A program made the translations under genes and the position numbers. A DNA stretch of 64,000 bases from a virus (lineage: Duplodnaviria > Caudoviricetes): the IMG/VR virus record IMGVR_UViG_642973577_000001, positions 100,603 through 164,602 of that record; one strand, written 5' to 3'. Under the pieces are notes generated by a model, which was not told the origin of the DNA, did not search any database, and saw only the letters and a list, made by a program, of their open reading frames with translations. Positions 57,802 to 64,000 of the stretch are shown here, in pieces; positions within the stretch are counted from its first letter, which is position 1; each line of letters starts with the position of its first letter.

Positions 57802-58161
57802 ATGAGTCTCATTCACCGTGCCACCGGCAGCATCAAGGTGGTCGTCGGCTGGGCCATTGGCTGCACCATCGCTGGTGCGGTGGCCTTCTGCCTGTTCGAG
57901 GGCAGCACCGACGGCCTGGCCGCGCTGTACTGGGCAGTCGTGAGCGGCAGCTCGACCGGATACGGCGACATCGCGCCGAAGACCGCAGCTGGCCGCATCA
58001 CCACCATCGTCTATCTGATCGTCATGCTCTGGGTCATCACGCCCGTGCTGACGGCTCGCATTGCTGCGTACATGATCGTCAACAACGACGCCTGGACAGA
58101 CAGCGAGCAGGAGTCCCTCAAGGGTGACATCGCCGCCATCAAGAGAAAGCTGGGAGCATGA
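57802..58161 (+). CDS. minimal 2TM potassium channel (KcsA-like)
   Basis: TM1, ALYWAVV, filter SSTGYGD, P.T..GR, TM2. Confidence 0.9.
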   Translation: MSLIHRATGSIKVVVGWAIGCTIAGAVAFCLFEGSTDGLAALYWAVVSGSSTGYGDIAPKTAAGRITTIVYLIVMLWVITPVLTARIAAYMIVNNDAWTDSEQESLKGDIAAIKRKLGA

Positions 58162-59051
58162 CCGTCCACCTACGCATCCACACCGAGGCCCAGGGCATGC
58201 TGGCTGGCCAGTACCCGGAGAGCTTCCAGTATCCAGGCGGCGAGTGGAACCTGCGCAACATCCCCGAGATCCCGTCTGATCAGGGCGCTGTGACCCTGAT
58301 CGCCGACGTCCGGGGCGCTGACCCCAACGACCTCGTGAAGGCAGCTCTGTGGGCTGATGTGGCCGACAGCGCGAACTTCTGGCATGCGGGGCGCGTCGAC
58401 TTCTCGTTCGTGCTGATGATGCCCTACCTGCCCGCAGCACGGGCCGACAAGCGCGACACCGACAACAGCCCCGTGGGTGCCAACATCTACGCCCGGTTCA
58501 TTCGGGGCATCGCCGCCGATCGCGTCATCACCATCGACCCGCACAGCAGCTACATGCCGCGCCTGTTCCGCAACCTGCGTGTGGCCAGTCCCGTCGGCCT
58601 GGTGCGCAATGCGCTGGAGGGCTTCGCGCCTGCGTTCGATGCGGTCATCTGCCCGGACAAGGGTGCAGTAGACCGTGCCGATGCCGTGGCGATCATGATG
58701 GGCGTGCCTGTGTACACCTGCGACAAGCAGCGTGATCTGGAGACGGGCAAGATCCTCGGCCTCAAGGTGCCACCTCTGGACCCCAAGCGCCGCTATCTCG
58801 TCGTCGATGACATCTGCGATGGAGGTGGTACATTCGCTCTACTAGCTGATAAGATCGGGCTACCCCGAGAGCAGCTAGGGCTGTGGGTTACTCACGGCAT
58901 CTTCTCGGGACGAGCAGACGAGCTGAGGAAGTCCTACGGCTGGATCGGTACCACAGACAGCCACCCCGGACACAATCGCGTCGGGGTCGCCACCACGATC
59001 GTCCCGTGCTTCATGACCATGTACAACCAGATGAGCGGAGTGAAGAAGTAG
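58158..59051 (+). CDS. PRPP-synthetase-like enzyme (candidate NARP1 Adps)
   Basis: YPGGE, MPYLPAARAD, DPHS, PDKGA, VVDDICDGGGTF, VTHGIFS. Confidence 0.9.
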   Translation: MTVHLRIHTEAQGMLAGQYPESFQYPGGEWNLRNIPEIPSDQGAVTLIADVRGADPNDLVKAALWADVADSANFWHAGRVDFSFVLMMPYLPAARADKRDTDNSPVGANIYARFIRGIAADRVITIDPHSSYMPRLFRNLRVASPVGLVRNALEGFAPAFDAVICPDKGAVDRADAVAIMMGVPVYTCDKQRDLETGKILGLKVPPLDPKRRYLVVDDICDGGGTFALLADKIGLPREQLGLWVTHGIFSGRADELRKSYGWIGTTDSHPGHNRVGVATTIVPCFMTMYNQMSGVKK

Positions 59052-60271
59052 TGACCCGAGCCGAGAAGCAGGTTGGCGGCATCTCTCAGAACATCTCTCC
59101 TGACTATGGAGCGCAGCGGTGCACAGCACCCCTCTACTCCGAGTTCCAGCAGAAGATCCTGAGCGGGGAGATGCCCTACACGGCGCGGTCCTACCAGAGG
59201 TCCAACTCCCGCCTCAAGAAGGCCGAGAAGCTGCTGCCCGAGGGCCACGACTGGACCGTGGTGCGCAGTCACACCATGGGAGTCAAGGACCCGACCGAGA
59301 CCATCCTCGCGGTCGACGGGCGCGTGGCGGTGCTGATGGATCGCACCAGCCAGAACCACGTCGAGGTCTCGGTGGCCGCGCCCAACGCCGAAGAGGCCGA
59401 GGAGATCCTCAACAAGATCGCCGCGCACATCCCGCAGACCAAGGTGGCCGACCACATCGTCGACACGTGGGTGTGGGCGCTGACCGGCGAGGGACCGCGC
59501 AGCACGCTCAAGAAGATCACCGCCCAGAGCTGGGACGAGATCGACGAGAACTACGCCCAGGGCGTGCGTGAGCACCTGGCCAGCATGATGACCTACAGCC
59601 GCCCCGAGAAGCGCGGCAAGATCGTGCTCTGGCACGGTCCTCCCGGCACCGGCAAGACCACGGTGCTGCGCACCCTGGCCCGCGAGTGGAAGGACTGGTG
59701 CTCGTTCCACTACATCTCCGACCCGGAGAAGTTCTTCGCCGAGCCGAGCTACCTCATGGAGGTCGGCACCACCCAGGGCGAGGAGCTGATCGACGACGAC
59801 GATGACGACCTGGACCCCGACGAGGCCGACTTCGACGTGGACGAGGCCCACGAACACGAGGAGGAGGACGAGACCCAGAATCGCTCCACCCCGTGGCGTC
59901 TGGTGGTCTGTGAGGACTCGGGCGAGTTCCTCAAGGCCCGTCACCAGGGCGATGCCAGCGCGGCCATGAGCCGCCTGCTCAACTTCTCCGACGGCATCCT
60001 CGGCCAGGGCAGCAACACGATCTTCCTCATCACCACCAACGAGGAGGTCAACAAGCTCGACAAGGCCGTGACCCGTCCGGGCCGCTGCCTGGCCCAGATC
60101 GAGTTCAAGGAGTTCGAGGCGCAGGAGGCCCGCAAGTGGCTGGCCAAGCAGGGCGTCTTCAAGCAGTACCACGGTCCCACCAGCCTGGCCCAGATGGTCA
60201 ACGACCTGGAGGACACCGATCGCGTGGCTACGGGTATCGCTGAACCCGAAGCCGTGGGACAATACCTGTAG
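59051..60271 (+). CDS. AAA ATPase
   Basis: HGPPGTGKTT, VVCED, LLNFSDGILG, TTN, RPGRC. Confidence 0.88.
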   Translation: MTRAEKQVGGISQNISPDYGAQRCTAPLYSEFQQKILSGEMPYTARSYQRSNSRLKKAEKLLPEGHDWTVVRSHTMGVKDPTETILAVDGRVAVLMDRTSQNHVEVSVAAPNAEEAEEILNKIAAHIPQTKVADHIVDTWVWALTGEGPRSTLKKITAQSWDEIDENYAQGVREHLASMMTYSRPEKRGKIVLWHGPPGTGKTTVLRTLAREWKDWCSFHYISDPEKFFAEPSYLMEVGTTQGEELIDDDDDDLDPDEADFDVDEAHEHEEEDETQNRSTPWRLVVCEDSGEFLKARHQGDASAAMSRLLNFSDGILGQGSNTIFLITTNEEVNKLDKAVTRPGRCLAQIEFKEFEAQEARKWLAKQGVFKQYHGPTSLAQMVNDLEDTDRVATGIAEPEAVGQYL

Positions 60272-60312
60272 TAGCCGTAAGCAGTAGCCAAAACACCCAC
60301 AGGAGGAGTCAA

Positions 60313-61839
60313 GTGACAAACTTTCACGGCAGGCACGGCAGCCCGGTAGCGGGTCTCTTCGAGACCGACGCCTACAAGCTGGACCACCGCCGTCAGTACG
60401 GCCTCGCGGGGGACGTGACCCGCGTGTACTCGAACTACACCAACCGCAAGAGCCGCATCCCCGGCATGGATCACGTGGTGCACTTCGGGCTGCAGGCCTA
60501 CCTGCACAAGCTGGCGCGCAGCTTCGAGCCGTTCTTCAACGACACCCGCGCCAACGTCGAGCGGCTCTATGGCGAGCGCGTGGCAGCCATCCTCGGCCCG
60601 GACGCGGCCAAGGCCATCGGCGTCTCGCACATCGGCGCGCTGCACGAGCTGGGCTACCTGCCCGTGGAGTTCCGGGCCTTCCCCGAGGGCACGCTGGTGC
60701 CCATCCGCGTGCCGAGCTTCACCGTGGAGAACACTCACGATGAGTTCTTCTGGCTGACCAACTACCTGGAGACCGGCATCAGCGCCGCCGTGTGGGGTCC
60801 GAGCACCTCGGCCACGATCGCGCACGCCTTCCGGGTCAAGCTGGAGGAGTTCGCCCGCAAGCAGGGCCTGGACCAGGGCTACATCGACTTCCAGCTGCAC
60901 GACTTCTCGTTCCGGGGCATGAACAGCTGGGAGAGCGCCGCCAGCTCGGGTGCCGCCCACCTGCTGAGCTTCCTGGGTAGCGACAGCCTGAGCGCCTGGG
61001 ACTTCATCGAGGCCTACTACGGCGGCGACTTCTCGCTGCTGAGCGTGGCCGCGACCGAGCACAGCGTCATGAGCACCGGCATCATGAGCCAGGGACCGGC
61101 GGAGCGCGAGAGCAACGAGGCGTTCCTGTTCGCCAAGCTGCTGGACCTCTACCCCACCGGCATCCTCAGCGTCGTGAGCGACACCTTCGACCTGTGGAAC
61201 GTGCTGGAGAGCATCCTGCCCGGTCTGCGCGACAAGGTGATGGCTCGCGAGGGCAAGCTGGTCATCCGGCCCGACTCGGGTGACCCGGAGAAGATCCTGT
61301 GCGGCAACCCGGCGGGTCGCTCGGTGGCCGAGCAGCGCGGCGTCATCAGCCTGCTGTGGGAGACCTTCGGCGGCACCACCAACGCCGAGGGCTACCGCGA
61401 GCTGGACCCGCACATCGGTGCCATCTACGGCGACAGCATCACGCTCGATCGCGCACAGGCGATCCTGGCCAACCTGCAGCGTCAGGGCTTCGCTGCCAGT
61501 AACGTCGTGTTCGGCGTGGGCAGCTACACGTACCAGTACAACACCCGCGACACGTTCGGTTCAGCAATGAAGGCGACGTGGGCGCAGGTCAACGGCAAGG
61601 GCGTGAACCTGTTCAAGGACCCGATCACCGACGACGGGACCAAGAAGAGCGCCACGGGTCGCTTGGCCGTACTGGGCGGCGACGGTGAGGACTTCTACCT
61701 GGTGGAGAAGGCCGACGCCGAGACCGAGCAGCGCAGCGCGCTGCAGCCCGTCTGGAGGAACGGGCACTTCACCCAGCACCAGAGCTTCGCCGAGGTTCGC
61801 GAGGTGCTGGCCAAGCACAGGGAGGCACTCCATGAGTGA
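60313..61839 (+). CDS. nadV: nicotinamide phosphoribosyltransferase-like enzyme (candidate NARP1 Namat)
   Basis: TDAYK, HDFSFRG, ATEHSVM, SDTFD, IRPDSGDP, IYGDSIT, KDPITD. Confidence 0.93.
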   Translation: MTNFHGRHGSPVAGLFETDAYKLDHRRQYGLAGDVTRVYSNYTNRKSRIPGMDHVVHFGLQAYLHKLARSFEPFFNDTRANVERLYGERVAAILGPDAAKAIGVSHIGALHELGYLPVEFRAFPEGTLVPIRVPSFTVENTHDEFFWLTNYLETGISAAVWGPSTSATIAHAFRVKLEEFARKQGLDQGYIDFQLHDFSFRGMNSWESAASSGAAHLLSFLGSDSLSAWDFIEAYYGGDFSLLSVAATEHSVMSTGIMSQGPAERESNEAFLFAKLLDLYPTGILSVVSDTFDLWNVLESILPGLRDKVMAREGKLVIRPDSGDPEKILCGNPAGRSVAEQRGVISLLWETFGGTTNAEGYRELDPHIGAIYGDSITLDRAQAILANLQRQGFAASNVVFGVGSYTYQYNTRDTFGSAMKATWAQVNGKGVNLFKDPITDDGTKKSATGRLAVLGGDGEDFYLVEKADAETEQRSALQPVWRNGHFTQHQSFAEVREVLAKHREALHE

Positions 61840-62218
61840 AAGCAAGAACGGCGTGTGGGGCGAGCGGATCATCCGCTCGCTGCCATACGTGATCCTGCTC
61901 CTGGCCATCTGGCGGATGGCTTCGATCCACAACAACAACGAGGTAGACCTGGGCGCTGGTCTGCAGGCGCTGTTCCTGGCGCTCGCGGCCATCTTCCTCA
62001 AGCTCGACCTGAGGGACCGCTCTGCTGTCCAGGACCGCGCTGCGGACCTGCTGCAGGCCCAGGAAGACCGCAAGAGCACGTGCCACTACCAGATCCCCAA
62101 GGAGTCCGATGGAGCCGCAGAGCCAGCCGCAGACGAGCCTCTCCCCTACAAGCCTCCCGTCACGCCGGGTGCCACGGGTGGAGCCGCCGCCGATGCGACC
62201 GGCGGCAAGGATGAATAG
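61832..62218 (+). CDS. membrane protein
   Basis: GGAGG SD; two TM segments. Confidence 0.7.
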   Translation: MSESKNGVWGERIIRSLPYVILLLAIWRMASIHNNNEVDLGAGLQALFLALAAIFLKLDLRDRSAVQDRAADLLQAQEDRKSTCHYQIPKESDGAAEPAADEPLPYKPPVTPGATGGAAADATGGKDE

Positions 62219-62456
62219 TCGCTCGTCGGGCAGCAGCTCCAGCAGCAGCTCGGGCATCGGCGTGCTGGGCCTGGTGCAGGCCGCGTTCATCATCCTGCAC
62301 TTCGTACCCCAGGGGCAGAGCTGGAACCCGATTCCGCACTGGAGCTGGTGGCAGATCCTAATCCCGACGTTCATCGGTGTCGGCATCGTCGCGGTCATCC
62401 TGGTGATCTTCATCATCGGCGCGGTGATCGCGGCGCTATGGGGCAGTCGCAAGTGA
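62211..62456 (+). CDS. small membrane protein
   Basis: SSSGIG..FIIL..WSWW..P pattern common in phages. Confidence 0.75.
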   Translation: MNSRSSGSSSSSSSGIGVLGLVQAAFIILHFVPQGQSWNPIPHWSWWQILIPTFIGVGIVAVILVIFIIGAVIAALWGSRK

Positions 62457-62926
62457 GCGGTCGGCTGATCTTCGAGGCGGACCGGGAGAAGGTCAAGCGC
62501 ACCCTCTCCCGGTACGCCAAGTCGGATCTACACAACGGCCAGTACACGGTGCCTGAGCTGATGTGGGACGACCTGATCGACGAGCTGGCCTACGCGCTGG
62601 GCGAGAGCAGGCCCAAGCCCAAGCCGCAGTGGCGTCAGCCCAAGGGCATCCCCGTGCTCTTCGGCGATGACGTCTTCCAGATCACCGGGCGTGGTCTGGT
62701 GGTGGCGCTGCGTATGGACAGCCGTCAGCCGGTGCGCGACGTGGCCCTGCACGACCTGGTGCGCTTCCACGAGAGCACCAAGACGTCAGGCATGAACGAG
62801 CTGGCACGCATCGTGCCTGAGGTGGACCCGAAGAAGGTCTACGAGATCACCGGCATCGAGACCCAGGGCAATGGCAGCAACGGCCTGCGTGGGCTTCTGG
62901 TCAAGCCGGTGGCACGGGAGCTGTAG
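62453..62926 (+). CDS. hypothetical protein
   Basis: GTGA overlap; DVFQITGRGLVV segment resembles EF-Tu domain II. Confidence 0.7.
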   Translation: MSGRLIFEADREKVKRTLSRYAKSDLHNGQYTVPELMWDDLIDELAYALGESRPKPKPQWRQPKGIPVLFGDDVFQITGRGLVVALRMDSRQPVRDVALHDLVRFHESTKTSGMNELARIVPEVDPKKVYEITGIETQGNGSNGLRGLLVKPVAREL

Positions 62927-63147
62927 TGGCCCACACCATCGTCGACCAGCTCGCCAACACCTACAGCCCCATCAGCTCGCTGCTCACGATCAACGAGAAG
63001 ACGATCCTCATCAACGTGCTGGATGCGGTGAATGAGTCGCGAGAACGAGCTGGTGAAAGCGGGTATTTGTTCTTGTTTCGTGGTAGCATCGAGGACGTGA
63101 AAATGTCTAGGGTGCTACGACCGCTGAATGACAGGTGGTGGAAGTGA
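62926..63147 (+). CDS. hypothetical protein
   Basis: Coupled ORF. Confidence 0.6.
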   Translation: MAHTIVDQLANTYSPISSLLTINEKTILINVLDAVNESRERAGESGYLFLFRGSIEDVKMSRVLRPLNDRWWK

Positions 63148-63518
63148 GCGAGCCGATCTTCAAGGGTCTGCCAGGCACCATCGAGCAGATCCGCCAGGCA
63201 GTTCTCACCTACCAGGACGACGTGATCAGCTCGACCGCGTTCGATGACCTGATGGAGACCATCACCGAGATCGTGCGCCGCTACGGCAACGAGCAGACCA
63301 CCGTCGCCCTGTCGCTCCACACCGCCGCCCAGGAGAGCAGCTTCTCCAGCAACATGGGCGTCTTCCAGCAGCGGCAGGGCAGCTACGAGCGCCACCTCGC
63401 TCGCGAGTACGAGAAGCAGGCCCAGGCCAAGCGCGACATCGAGACCATCTTCCAACCCGGTCACACCGTCACCGTGACCGACATCCCACCCACCAACAAT
63501 CGAGGAAGCAGAGCATGA
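63144..63518 (+). CDS. hypothetical protein
   Basis: GTGA overlap. Confidence 0.7.
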   Translation: MSEPIFKGLPGTIEQIRQAVLTYQDDVISSTAFDDLMETITEIVRRYGNEQTTVALSLHTAAQESSFSSNMGVFQQRQGSYERHLAREYEKQAQAKRDIETIFQPGHTVTVTDIPPTNNRGSRA

Positions 63519-63766
63519 GCGTCATCAGCTGGCTGAACACGCCGGTCAAGGTCAAGCCCAAGAAGCGGTATGTCGTGATCATCATCGCGGCGCTGCAGGC
63601 ACTCGCCGCCTACGGGCGCACCCAGCGTCAGATCGACGTCGAGAAGCGGCTCAAGGCGCTGGAGGGTCGGCGCATCGCCAAGGTCAAGCTCACCGACAAG
63701 CAGAGCGCCGACCTGCGCGCTGTGCTCAAGGGCGTGGTCGACGACGCGAAGGTGGCCGGTAACTGA
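63515..63766 (+). CDS. small membrane-anchored protein
   Basis: ATGA overlap; one TM segment. Confidence 0.7.
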   Translation: MSVISWLNTPVKVKPKKRYVVIIIAALQALAAYGRTQRQIDVEKRLKALEGRRIAKVKLTDKQSADLRAVLKGVVDDAKVAGN

Positions 63767-63897
63767 TGGCGTTCGGACTGCCTGATGTCTCCAAGGAGCT
63801 GAACAGCTTCATGACCACGCTGGAGCGCATCGCCAACTCGCTCGACCGCATCGAGACCAAGCTCGACGCCAACCTCAAGGCCCTCCAGGAGAAGTAA
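63766..63897 (+). CDS. small coiled-coil protein (43 aa)
   Basis: TGATG coupling; MAFGLPDVSKELNSFMTTLERIANSL. Confidence 0.65.
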   Translation: MAFGLPDVSKELNSFMTTLERIANSLDRIETKLDANLKALQEK

Positions 63898-64000
63898 TGC
63901 TGACCCACGTGTGTGATGACGGTGGCCCGTGTGCCGCCTGCTTCCAGGAGGAGCGCGAGGTCGAGAAGACGATCGAGGACGTCAGGGAGGCGATGAGCTG
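63897..64000 (+). CDS. hypothetical protein (partial, runs off the window)
   Basis: TAATG coupling; AGGAG SD. Confidence 0.55.
   Translation, partial: MLTHVCDDGGPCAACFQEEREVEKTIEDVREAMS

Noticed and set aside
62640-62720. EF-Tu gene fragment
   Set aside because: Only a short DVFQITGRG segment matches and there is no G-domain; insufficient for a call

Overview
A 64 kb segment of a large, high-GC actinobacteriophage genome. Gene content and order resemble the Bxz1/Myrna/E3-type myoviruses. The host is probably a Corynebacteriales member (Mycobacterium, Gordonia or Rhodococcus), inferred from a near-copy of the ClpC1 N-domain, a class Ib NrdF and a DUF4185 arabinanase beside lysin A. Essentially all real genes lie on the + strand. 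In order: a replication/recombination module (nucleotide kinase, degenerate aminotransferase, DnaC, DnaB, primase, J-domain protein, probable SSB, DnaE, RecA, two PD-(D/E)XK nucleases, Cas4-like exonuclease); an accessory region (vWA protein, tRNA-Gln and tRNA-Asn, HNH, Acb2/Tad1-like protein, lipoproteins, two Y-like RNAs with Ro60, leaderless promoter-gene-terminator cassettes, glycosyltransferases); tail fibre and minor tail genes; lysis genes; large terminase; and a metabolic/anti-defence block (Clp-N, ATP-grasp, metallophosphoesterase, NrdF, HAD phosphatase, K+ channel, PRS-like and NAMPT-like pair). The strongest candidates for something new are four. (1) A leaderless 10-codon Asn/Gln/Arg-rich peptide overlaps a terminator-like hairpin directly upstream of tRNA-Gln and tRNA-Asn, suggesting an attenuator that senses tRNA depletion. 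(2) Two paralogous Y RNAs share a scaffold but carry different effector modules. (3) Two recurrent intergenic motifs appear: an 11-bp-period TRTAG direct repeat and CCACCCAC before Shine-Dalgarno sites. (4) A structured RNA lies between the SSB gene and dnaE. All family calls come from motif recognition by eye; no searches were run.
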